This document shows, in pieces, positions 17,378 through 26,177 of a DNA stretch of 64,000 nucleotides. The notes beneath the pieces were generated by a model that did no database searches, had not been told where the DNA came from, and saw nothing but the letters and a program-made list of their open reading frames with translations. The DNA comes from a virus. Within the stretch, counting starts at the first letter, position 1. Each line of letters starts with the position of its first letter. The position numbers were made by a program, and so were the translations under genes. Where the stretch lies: positions 18,908-82,907 of IMG/VR virus record IMGVR_UViG_3300025162_000041. One strand, 5' to 3'.

Positions 17378-17666
17378 CTTTTAGGGAGCAGAAAACTCCT
17401 TGGTCTTCAGCCAAGGAGATGAATGCGACCCACAAATATAATTAGCTGACTTCTTCTGTGTCATAATATATATTGGTAATATGATTGAATAAGAGACGAT
17501 AACCAAGTCTCACAACACAATCGAAAAATAATTTTCTGGTTAAGAAACCAGATAACGGTCGGAACGACCGTATAAGCCGTCTGTCTTGACATAAGACTTT
17601 GTTAGAAATAACGAAGCAGTTGATTGGGTCGGAAACACCTACGTCTTTAGCGTAGGGGTAGTTCAT
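17378..17666 (+). mobile_element. ORF-less IS605 mini-element (promoter + omega-RNA-like scaffold)
   Basis: TTAT target, AAAA guide and left-end hairpin; CTGACT-17-TATATT promoter; acggtcggaacgaccgt hairpin; right end GAAA-hairpin-gtagtTCAT. Confidence 0.82.
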
Positions 17667-17673
17667 ATCCATA

Positions 17674-18501
17674 ATGAATAATATCAAAACATTTCTGAAA
17701 CAATGCATTGCAGAAGTATTGGTTGAGCCAGCAAAGCAATTCAATCGTCTGCAAGGAAAGAAAATGCGTTCACTGATAAAGCAGTGTATCGCAGAAGTTA
17801 TAATTGAGCCTGTTTCACGTAAGATGAAGGTATATGGAAATCCTAAGCGTCTTCAAATGGCTCACTTAATTAAAGAATGCGTAATGGAGGTTTTGAAAGA
17901 AAACCTATTGTCCGAAATTTTCGATCCTCAATCTCAAGGTCCAAATATGGTGGAAGAAAATCCGTATCCAGCGATGAATGCCAAGATGCGGATGATGGAC
18001 GAGCAAGAAAATAAGCCCAAAGAAGATGCGTGGACAAGATATGAAAAAGGATATGATGCTGGTCAAGTCCATAAGAGAAGTGGTATAAAGCCAGAAGGTC
18101 CGATGGATTCCGTAACTTCGGTTGGTTATCATGATGCACTCAAAGGAAAGGCTAAATCTTCTCCCGAAGTTGTTCGAAAGACTATTAAAGAAACCGAACC
18201 CCAGGGGCGTTACTCCAAACAAATAGGGGTAACTCCATCTCAGTCTTCTAGCGATACAAATATTGCGGAATATGAAAACTATCTCAAGGAAGCAAGTCGT
18301 ACACAATCTACCAGTATTCATTGGACTTGTCCGCATTGTGGAAAATTGACTAATATTGATGTTGAAATTGAATCTTCCTCTGATTATATTGCTTGTGCCG
18401 ACTGTGAGCATTGCGGCAAAGAAATCAATAGTCCAAAGTTAGATCAACAAATTTATAAAACCGTTGTCGATCATTGTTCTAGTCAACAACCCCTACCCTA
18501 A
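17674..18501 (+). CDS. hypothetical protein with 3x IKQCIAEV-type repeats and C-terminal Zn ribbon
   Basis: CPHCG...CEHCG; the last codons derive from the IS end at 18482. Confidence 0.7.
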   Translation: MNNIKTFLKQCIAEVLVEPAKQFNRLQGKKMRSLIKQCIAEVIIEPVSRKMKVYGNPKRLQMAHLIKECVMEVLKENLLSEIFDPQSQGPNMVEENPYPAMNAKMRMMDEQENKPKEDAWTRYEKGYDAGQVHKRSGIKPEGPMDSVTSVGYHDALKGKAKSSPEVVRKTIKETEPQGRYSKQIGVTPSQSSSDTNIAEYENYLKEASRTQSTSIHWTCPHCGKLTNIDVEIESSSDYIACADCEHCGKEINSPKLDQQIYKTVVDHCSSQQPLP

Positions 18502-18516
18502 AGGGATAGGGGCTTG
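18482..18516 (-). mobile_element. solo IS605 right end
   Basis: Minus strand reads CAAG-cccctatccctttagggtagggg-ttgtTGAC; the hairpin is identical to that at 1356-1378. Confidence 0.75.
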
Positions 18517-18598
18517 TAATACTTCTCTACTAAAGGCAGGATGCAATTATTTGATACTTGACTTCGTATCCACCTGTGTTATATTGGTGGCGAAAATC

Positions 18599-19765
18599 AT
18601 GGAATGGTTACATAAAAATCTTGTATATTTGACCGTGCATGGTAGTCGTGCATATGGTATGGCGAACGATATGTCTGATTTAGACGTTAAAGGTATTGTC
18701 GTCCCACCAAGGGAGGTCGAATATCATCTTTATAACAGGTTTGAGCAAGCCGAAAATAATGAGGAAATTAACGCTATAGTTTCTCACATGGCAAATCCAA
18801 AAAATCCAAAAATTGAAGGAACCGTGTATTCCCTTCGAAAATTTTTTGTGCTTGCAGCGGAAGTAAATCCGAATATCATAGAATTGTTATTTACAGATGA
18901 ATCCGACCATATTGTAATGGCTCCTACGATGAAGCAATTGATAAACCACCGGGAGTTATTTTTATCGAACAAAGCTCGTTATACTTTCAGTGGTTACAGT
19001 GCGGCGCAACTTAAAAAAATAGAACGACATCGTAAATGGATTATTCTCGGCGAAGTTCTGCCTCCTAAGCGTGAAGATTTTGGTCTGCCACCAATCCCCG
19101 AAAAGGGATTGGACGAGGTATTCGGGCACATCAAGTCCGTGGTCGAGTCGTGGAACCTTAATCAGTTCCTACTCGGAGAAATGGACCGTGCCGAACTCAA
19201 GAACGTTATTTGGGAACTGATGTCAAATGTGACCGAGAAAGAAATCTCGGTTTCCAATTGGCCTGACATTTATGCCGAGGCAGTCATACATAAAATGGCG
19301 AAAGAGTTCAATCTTAAAGATGAACTCGTTAAGTATATCTATGCCGAACGGTCCTACACGAAAGTAAAGCAAGTATATGATAGTTGGATTCTGTGGAAAA
19401 AAGAAAGAAATCCCGCACGAAGAGAGTTGGAAATAAAATCTGGGTATGACACAAAACACGCAGCAATGTTGGTTCGACTTCTACGAGTCGGGTATGAAAT
19501 TCTTACAACCGGAAAAGTTATTGTCAACCGACATGGACTTGACGCCGATGAACTACTTGCCGTTAAAAATGGTGCGTGGTCCTTCGAGAAAGTCATGGAA
19601 TTCAAGGACGAGATGGAAGGCAAATTAGAGGCTGAGTATCTTCGTCAGAAGAAACTCATTGCCGAAGGCAAGCCTACGCCTATCCCTCGTGAGGTGAATA
19701 AGGTAAAGTTGAATGAGTTATATCATCAACTCTACAATGAATATTGGAATAATCAAGAAAAATGA
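18599..19765 (+). CDS. DNA polymerase beta-superfamily nucleotidyltransferase (RlaP/YcgL-like)
   Basis: HGSRAYG..SDLDVKG, NPNIIELLF and GYDTKHAAMLVRLL; sigma70-like promoter TTGACT-16-TATATT upstream. Confidence 0.85.
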   Translation: MEWLHKNLVYLTVHGSRAYGMANDMSDLDVKGIVVPPREVEYHLYNRFEQAENNEEINAIVSHMANPKNPKIEGTVYSLRKFFVLAAEVNPNIIELLFTDESDHIVMAPTMKQLINHRELFLSNKARYTFSGYSAAQLKKIERHRKWIILGEVLPPKREDFGLPPIPEKGLDEVFGHIKSVVESWNLNQFLLGEMDRAELKNVIWELMSNVTEKEISVSNWPDIYAEAVIHKMAKEFNLKDELVKYIYAERSYTKVKQVYDSWILWKKERNPARRELEIKSGYDTKHAAMLVRLLRVGYEILTTGKVIVNRHGLDADELLAVKNGAWSFEKVMEFKDEMEGKLEAEYLRQKKLIAEGKPTPIPREVNKVKLNELYHQLYNEYWNNQEK

Positions 19766-19769
19766 TTTT

Positions 19770-20597
19770 ATGATCGGAGCCATTCTTGGGGATATTATCG
19801 GTTCACCTTATGAGGGAGGACATAGAACTTCTGTAACTACGACTGAATTTCCATTGTTCAGTCCTAATTCTAGATTCACAGATGATAGTGTTTTAACTTG
19901 CGCCACAGCACAGGCACTAATGCATCCATCATTCTTGCCATTTTCCCGTCGTTTTGCACAGCAATACAAACAGTGGGGAATGCGCTATTCTGATAGAGGA
20001 TATGGCAGCAAATTCAAAGAATGGATGGCCAATCCGAAATTTTCCGTAGTTAATAGCTATGCGAATGGTTGTATGATGCGATGTAGTCCAATTCCAATGA
20101 TGTATGATAGAATAACTTCATTGAAGAGAGCATTGCAAAGTATTGCTTATACTCATGCGTCCCCCGAATCTGCTCGTGGAGTTCAGTCTATTGTCGAAGC
20201 TATTTGGATGGCTAGGAACGGATCAAGTAAACACGAAATTAAAGCCCGAGTCCAAGAACAATACGGGCATATGCTTAATCTTACATTGAAAGAATTAAGA
20301 GCCAAGTGGTCACGGGATATTCGTTGCAATCTTACTGCTCCACAGGCATTAATATGCTTTATGGAATCCGACAATTATGAGTCAGCAGTCCGAAATGCCG
20401 TCTATACATTGGGAGATACTGATACTGTCGCCGCCATTGCAGGGTCAATTGCCGAGGCGTTCTATGGAGTTCAAACTATTCCTTTCTCCATGATTGACGA
20501 GGCGAAAATTCGTCTTACACCAGAGATGATTGAAACTGTCAATGCATTTTACAGTAAGTGCGGAGCGGATAAATTCGGGACAATCTTTACGTTGTGA
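19770..20597 (+). CDS. ADP-ribosylglycohydrolase (ARH/DraG family)
   Basis: GAILGDIIGS, FTDDS, NGCMMR.SP, TH and GDTDT.AAIAG. Confidence 0.92.
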   Translation: MIGAILGDIIGSPYEGGHRTSVTTTEFPLFSPNSRFTDDSVLTCATAQALMHPSFLPFSRRFAQQYKQWGMRYSDRGYGSKFKEWMANPKFSVVNSYANGCMMRCSPIPMMYDRITSLKRALQSIAYTHASPESARGVQSIVEAIWMARNGSSKHEIKARVQEQYGHMLNLTLKELRAKWSRDIRCNLTAPQALICFMESDNYESAVRNAVYTLGDTDTVAAIAGSIAEAFYGVQTIPFSMIDEAKIRLTPEMIETVNAFYSKCGADKFGTIFTL

Positions 20598-20601
20598 AAA
20601 G

Positions 20602-22230
20602 CTATGGATTAGTCCATTCATACTTCAAACTTCCACAGTCCCATATTCTATCCCATCCATTCAACTGCATATTTTCCCATTCAGTAAGTATCGGGTCAAA
20701 TGTTTGTAATTTTTTGGAAAGTTCTGTTTTTCTGAATGCAAATCTATGAAATCGTTTTTGATAATTGTGTTTATTTATATACCAATAATTTGGAACTCCA
20801 TCCGATACCTTTTGAAACCCAATTTTTTCATAGAGATTTCCTTTGCTCCATCGTCGGTCCGCATATGATACAATTTTGCGGGGGCTGTATTTTTTGATAA
20901 AATATGATAAGAGTTTTCCAGCTATTCCAACAACATTTTTTGATGTGGCAAATCGTATAAGTTCATATGTGTCATTGAAATGAGATTTTTTATATCCCAT
21001 AATTTTTCTTAATTTTCCAAAAGTCATTACCGAAACTAATTCGGAATTATAATATGCTCCGATATGAATGGATGATTTATCGGAGCCTTGAATATGATAC
21101 ATATTTAGAAATTGACATCCGTCGGGAAATGATATTTCTCGCAATGTACATTTTCTAGCATAAATCGAATTTTCTATAGATATATTGAGAATATGAGATA
21201 ATTTTCTTTTAACTATCTCCTTTTTATTTATCCATTCGTCTTCAAATATTTGAATTAGATAAATCCCTCTATCTTTACATTTTTCCGTTTTATTTAAATG
21301 ATATAATTTCGATTTTCCGCCAGCAATTTCGGAATGATAATAGTTCCCATTTAGTTCTATTGCTATTTTTTCCTTGGGCAAATAAATATCTATCTCAAAT
21401 TTATTATCAAATTCTTTCCTGCAATTAAATCTTATAATTCCATTGTATATCTTTTGTATGAATTCTTTTAATTCATTTTCTATTTGAGAACGAGGCATTG
21501 GATTACATTTATAGCACTGAACACCTATGTAATTATTCTCAAATTCGTTTCCGCATTTTGTACATTTAAACTGATACAATTTCCCTTTGTTGAATCCTAT
21601 GAATTCAGTTTGAGAAAATTGAGGAATAATTGATGTATTTTCAAGAAGTTTATCGTATATTTTTTTACACCAAGTCATAGATGTTTTTCGGGAAATTTCG
21701 GGCAACATCATTGGGTGTATTACTCCGTATTTCTTTACATTATTTTGATGGGTGTTATTTTTTACTGTTTCGGACGATTTACTATATTCCAATCCATATT
21801 TTATCAGATTGGTTTGTTTTATTTTTTCAATGATTGATGGCAGTCGAAAAACATTATCTACGCCGTATTTGTCCAAACATCCTTGTTTAGATCTCGTTTG
21901 TATCTCGGAAGATGACATTGCTTCGATAGTTCCAAATTTCTGAAGACATGTTTTTTGAACCCGCCTTCTTATTTCAGGAGATAATCCAGCGTTGGTTACC
22001 CCATAGGTTTTCATTGTTGAATTTTCCCGTTTTTTTACAATACATTTTTTGCCACAACACGTGTCAATTTCGGACTCGGAATTTCGACGAGCCATGAATA
22101 TTTTCTCCGAGGATTTTTCAAATATAATGCCACAGATGTCACACTTTGCTATAATAATTCGGCTGGAAAATTTCCCTGTGGAATTCGGGTCGATGTTGTA
22201 CTTTCGAATTGTTTCTTCGTGTAAAATCAT
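20602..22230 (-). CDS. Hef-like homing endonuclease
   Basis: Paralog of 15666: EIDIYLP, IAIELNG, IFEDEW, SYADRRWS and RIWDCG; own TTGACA-16-TATACT promoter. Confidence 0.75.
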   Translation of the reverse strand: MILHEETIRKYNIDPNSTGKFSSRIIIAKCDICGIIFEKSSEKIFMARRNSESEIDTCCGKKCIVKKRENSTMKTYGVTNAGLSPEIRRRVQKTCLQKFGTIEAMSSSEIQTRSKQGCLDKYGVDNVFRLPSIIEKIKQTNLIKYGLEYSKSSETVKNNTHQNNVKKYGVIHPMMLPEISRKTSMTWCKKIYDKLLENTSIIPQFSQTEFIGFNKGKLYQFKCTKCGNEFENNYIGVQCYKCNPMPRSQIENELKEFIQKIYNGIIRFNCRKEFDNKFEIDIYLPKEKIAIELNGNYYHSEIAGGKSKLYHLNKTEKCKDRGIYLIQIFEDEWINKKEIVKRKLSHILNISIENSIYARKCTLREISFPDGCQFLNMYHIQGSDKSSIHIGAYYNSELVSVMTFGKLRKIMGYKKSHFNDTYELIRFATSKNVVGIAGKLLSYFIKKYSPRKIVSYADRRWSKGNLYEKIGFQKVSDGVPNYWYINKHNYQKRFHRFAFRKTELSKKLQTFDPILTEWENMQLNGWDRIWDCGSLKYEWTNP

Positions 22231-22349
22231 AGATAATATCCTATATCATGATGTAGTATATCGGAAAAAAATAAAATGTCAACTTTTTAGAAAATTATTT
22301 CGTGCGGCAGTATTTCTAAGCGTTTTAAACCTTTAGGGTGTGGAGTATG

Positions 22350-22850
22350 TCAACGCTTTTTCTTAGATTCGTTCTGGAGGGGCTGAGGGCCGGGAACTTC
22401 CCGATGTTGTTGGTTATTGCCTTGGTTATCATTTAAATTATAGTACCGACCTAAAATATGACCGATGTCCTGGTAAGCTACACCAGCTTGTTGCATACGA
22501 GCATAAGTTTCTTGAACAATTTTCCGAAACTCGGAGGCTCGTTTTTTCAAATTTTGCATGTCTTTAGTAACAATGTCTTTCTGAAACCATTCTGTACATT
22601 CGTTGATCGCATAGGATTCCGCAAGTTCACAGAGTTCAGTAATACCTTTGGCAGAACTCATAAGGGCTTCTTCGTTTTTTAAACATTCTCCAAAGTTCTC
22701 ATACATGGCAGCAAGTTCCATTAGTTTCTTTTTTTTCTCAGGTGGCATTGGAGGTGGCGTCTCGCCAAAACCGTTATCGGGAAGAGTATTATTTTGCACT
22801 GCTTCTACAATGCGCTTCAAAGTTAGTTTAGTCGTCTTAGGAATGCTCAT
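22350..22850 (-). CDS. hypothetical protein (putative virion internal protein)
   Basis: N-terminus LTLKRIVEA; TATTTATA upstream at 22858-22865. Confidence 0.65.
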   Translation of the reverse strand: MSIPKTTKLTLKRIVEAVQNNTLPDNGFGETPPPMPPEKKKKLMELAAMYENFGECLKNEEALMSSAKGITELCELAESYAINECTEWFQKDIVTKDMQNLKKRASEFRKIVQETYARMQQAGVAYQDIGHILGRYYNLNDNQGNNQQHREVPGPQPLQNESKKKR

Positions 22851-22883
22851 ATTATCTTATAAATATCGGTGAAATAAGGATTG

Positions 22884-23207
22884 TCACATGTTTTTCTCAA
22901 GCTGAGGTTGTTTATAATTATCAAAATATTCGATGACATCATTAAAACATTTGAATCTTTTTGCGGGTTGCTTCGGTTCCTCAATATAAAAATAAGAAGT
23001 CTTTTTTCCAGACGCTTCATCAAGACTCGATTTCTTATAAATTGTCATCTTAGGAGGCTTTTCTGTTTGCATGTGATGGTCATCTTTGACTTTGAATCCC
23101 ATTGTTAAAAGGTGATCCACATCGGGCCATCTCAAATCATCTATTTTTATTAACCCCGATTCCTTTTCGTCGTTAGCGGAGTGTAAAAGTTCTGTGAGTT
23201 TTATCAT
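22884..23207 (-). CDS. hypothetical protein
   Basis: Starts MIKLTELL; TATTTATA 3 nt upstream. Confidence 0.65.
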   Translation of the reverse strand: MIKLTELLHSANDEKESGLIKIDDLRWPDVDHLLTMGFKVKDDHHMQTEKPPKMTIYKKSSLDEASGKKTSYFYIEEPKQPAKRFKCFNDVIEYFDNYKQPQLEKNM

Positions 23208-23239
23208 ACTTATAAATAGTTAAGTTTCCGACTACTCAT

Positions 23240-23935
23240 TTACTTCTCTTCTCCATCTTCGGCTCCTTCTGGTTGGCCTTCTTCTTCCGCCGATTCATAT
23301 TTAGAAAATGCGGTCCAGCAAAATTGATTTCCTTCTTTTACTTTCTTAATTACAGTAGTAGTGTTTTTTCCGAAGTCATCGGTCATTTCATATTTCAATA
23401 AGAACTTATCACTACTTGTAGGTTTCTCATGCGAAAGTCCAAGTTTAGCTAGAAACCTAATTAAAATATTAGCTCCTTCAGTTTCATTAATAAAGGTAAT
23501 GCTTTTTTGAATACGAATTTTGTCATCTATAGTTGTCTCATCATCCTCGGATGGTTCGTTGGCAGCAGTATTGGATGGAGTTGATTGCATTGGCTGAGCT
23601 GGTTGCATTGGCTGGGCTGTTTGGGCGGGAGGATATGATGCTAACTCGGTTACTAATGCCTGCCGTTCCTTCGGTGTCATTTCAATACCACGACATTGAT
23701 TTACATAGCTATCAAAATCTGCGTTGGTATCAAATGTCTTAGCAATTACGTTTGGTTGTGGACGAGAATCTCCGCCTGTAAATTCATTTTCGGATACTGA
23801 TAGATTTCCGCTTGCTGGAATATCAGTTTCTCCACCAATACATCCTTCTTTGAATTTTCGTAAGCCAACAAGAAGCTTACGCTTCTGATCTTCACTCATT
23901 TGTTCTTTTAATGCTCTCAGCCGCTTGATGTTCAT
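23240..23935 (-). CDS. hypothetical protein
   Basis: 231-aa ORF; its start codon abuts a mini-element left end. Confidence 0.65.
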   Translation of the reverse strand: MNIKRLRALKEQMSEDQKRKLLVGLRKFKEGCIGGETDIPASGNLSVSENEFTGGDSRPQPNVIAKTFDTNADFDSYVNQCRGIEMTPKERQALVTELASYPPAQTAQPMQPAQPMQSTPSNTAANEPSEDDETTIDDKIRIQKSITFINETEGANILIRFLAKLGLSHEKPTSSDKFLLKYEMTDDFGKNTTTVIKKVKEGNQFCWTAFSKYESAEEEGQPEGAEDGEEK

Positions 23936-24332
23936 GTTTTTCCTTTCGTTGCGGAAACCCCTATCCCTTTAGGGTAGGGGATGAGCAACGAAATATAATT
24001 GATAATTTCTGTTGACATGTTTCTTAGTTCCTGTTATATATATCACAGTTCTTTGGTATATAGTTTGGATAGCAGAAAATAATTGCTTCTATCCAGTAAA
24101 ATCAATCAAGCATCGTTTTTGTGAATAGACCAGAAGGCACTCCGCTTGCGGAGGAACCGTTATGTAGGGTCTTTGACTCACAATCAACATCCTCCTCGTT
24201 GCCCGTTAAGGGCAAGCTGGAAGGCAGGCCACGGTCAATTGGCCAATCGTCTGTAAATCTTTCTTGAATTATGTTAAGCATAAGCATTAGAGTCTGGCAA
24301 GCCCCGACCCTTCAGGGTCGCGGGTAGTTGAC
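23936..24332 (+). mobile_element. ORF-less IS605 mini-element encoding a structured omega-RNA-like ncRNA
   Basis: TCAT target; left-end GAAA and hairpin; TTGACA-17-TATATA promoter; right end CAAG-ccccgaccc ttca gggtcgcggg-tagtTGAC; homologous to 56401-56756. Confidence 0.82.
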
Positions 24333-24563
24333 AATCACTCTATAAGTATGACTGTCTAACTGCGGAATGCACATACAGACAGGAATTGCTCTTCGTGTAT
24401 ATAAATATCTGCGAATTTTTGTATCATTTTAATTTTCGATACTATTTATATTCTGTAATGCCGCAATCTTTTGCCGCTAATTGACCTACCAAGGTCTTCG
24501 TTTTAATAACCTTCATTAAAGCTTCAATAGCTTTAGATTCCAAAAATAAGGAAAAATATAATT

Positions 24564-26144
24564 ATGGACAGTAATCTTTTCAAAGAAGCTATTGCCGATG
24601 CCAAGGCAGTTCGCCAAACAGCACTCGCTAACGCAAAGGTAGCACTCGAAGAAGCATTTAACGATAGATACAAAATGATGTTCGCCGAGAAACTCAAAGA
24701 AGAAGCAGAGCAAGAAGAAACTGCGATGCCAGAAGAAGAAAACGGAATGCAACCGCAAGGCGCATCTTCCGTGTCGGAAACAGAAGTGGATGACCTCATC
24801 CGTGAACTGGAAGCCGAAGTAGGCGAAGAACCACATCCCGAACCCGAAGGCGATGAAGCGGGAGCAGTCCCACCACCGCCCGCAGGAGCAGGAGCACCGC
24901 CAATGGGTGGAGCACCAATGGGCGGAGCACCAATGGGTGAACCTCCAGTAGGCGGAGCACCAGAAGAAATGCCACCAATGGGTGGAGCACCGACAGTGTG
25001 TCCTCCAGGGACAATTCCATGTCCGGGCGCTCCGGGTGGACAGCCAATCCCACAATCAGGTGGAGCAGGCGCACCTCCAATGGGCGGAGCACCGCCAATG
25101 GGTGGAGCAGGCGCACCGCCAATGGGTGGAGCACCACCGATGGGTGGAGCAGGCGCACCGCCAATGGGTGGAGCGCCAGAAGGTCAAGAACCGCCTCCAT
25201 CAGACGTTCCCCCACCATCGGGAGAAGAAGAAGACGAGGAATTCGATTTGAATGAACTTTTGGAAAGCCTCAAAGCCGAAATCGGGGAGGAAGACGAAGA
25301 GGAAGAAGAAGAAGAAGAGGAAGAGGGCAAGAAACTTGATGAACAGACGAAGCTTACTTCATCTGGTATCGGCAGTGGCAAAGCAGGCGGGTCTCCAAAT
25401 AAGAAACCATCCTCAGCCGCAAGTTCTACCTCGAAAATTGAATCCGCTGCCAATGATGACGAAGGTTATCCAACAACGGACCAAGCGAAAGTCGTGGCTA
25501 GAGAAGCAACCCAAGCGAGTCGGCCAAATCAAGCGAAGAACGCAACGAAGACCAATCTGTCTACCCCATCAATGGGCGGAAGTAATGGTTCAGGTGGACA
25601 GTCCGATATCGGATATCCAAAGACCGACCAAGCCAAGGTAACATCCAGGGAAGCTTCTGGCGCAACTCGCCCTAACCAAGCGAAGAACGCAACGAAGACA
25701 AATCTTTCCACTCCTGGTGGAATGTTGCAAGAGAATTCGTTTCTCAAAAAACAACTTAACGAAGCGGAAGATGTAATTCGCTACGTCAAAGGACAACTTA
25801 ATGAGGTTAACTTGTTGAATGCTAAACTGCTTTACACGAACAAGCTGTTTAAACAATACAACATGAACAACGAACACAAAATGCGTATCGTTGAAATGTT
25901 TGACCTCGCCAAAAATGTTCGTGAAGTAAAGTTGACTTACGCCAACATTACCGAGTCATTGAATTTCGGTGGAACTGAAGTGAGAAGGAAGGTTCAAACT
26001 TCCTCAACAGTTCAGTCTATTACCGAAGGTCTCGCATCAGGCGCAGTCGCATCAACACGGCCCAAGGCTATCATAACCGAAGGCAAGTTCGCCAGCAGAA
26101 TGAAACAACTCGCAGGCATTCGTAGCGAACCAACAAAGAAATAA
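24564..26144 (+). CDS. prohead scaffolding/core protein
   Basis: Directly upstream of the major capsid gene; acidic and coiled-coil with Pro/Gly repeats; many (I/L)xE sites; C-terminus RMKQLAGI. Confidence 0.75.
   Translation: MDSNLFKEAIADAKAVRQTALANAKVALEEAFNDRYKMMFAEKLKEEAEQEETAMPEEENGMQPQGASSVSETEVDDLIRELEAEVGEEPHPEPEGDEAGAVPPPPAGAGAPPMGGAPMGGAPMGEPPVGGAPEEMPPMGGAPTVCPPGTIPCPGAPGGQPIPQSGGAGAPPMGGAPPMGGAGAPPMGGAPPMGGAGAPPMGGAPEGQEPPPSDVPPPSGEEEDEEFDLNELLESLKAEIGEEDEEEEEEEEEEGKKLDEQTKLTSSGIGSGKAGGSPNKKPSSAASSTSKIESAANDDEGYPTTDQAKVVAREATQASRPNQAKNATKTNLSTPSMGGSNGSGGQSDIGYPKTDQAKVTSREASGATRPNQAKNATKTNLSTPGGMLQENSFLKKQLNEAEDVIRYVKGQLNEVNLLNAKLLYTNKLFKQYNMNNEHKMRIVEMFDLAKNVREVKLTYANITESLNFGGTEVRRKVQTSSTVQSITEGLASGAVASTRPKAIITEGKFASRMKQLAGIRSEPTKK
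24884..25180 (+). repeat. GGAGAPPMGGAPPM-type tandem repeats in scaffold
   Basis: Repeated ccaatgggyggagcacc units. Confidence 0.85.
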
Positions 26145-26177
26145 TCTAATTGCGAGAGAAACTAAATAAATAATAAT

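Noticed and set aside
17378-17666. Group I intron / IStron
   Set aside because: No recognisable P7 core; the elements are intergenic or antisense to the interrupted gene.
24516-25877. Overlapping antisense/alternate-frame ORFs in the scaffold gene
   Set aside because: Shadows of GC-rich repeats lacking stop codons.
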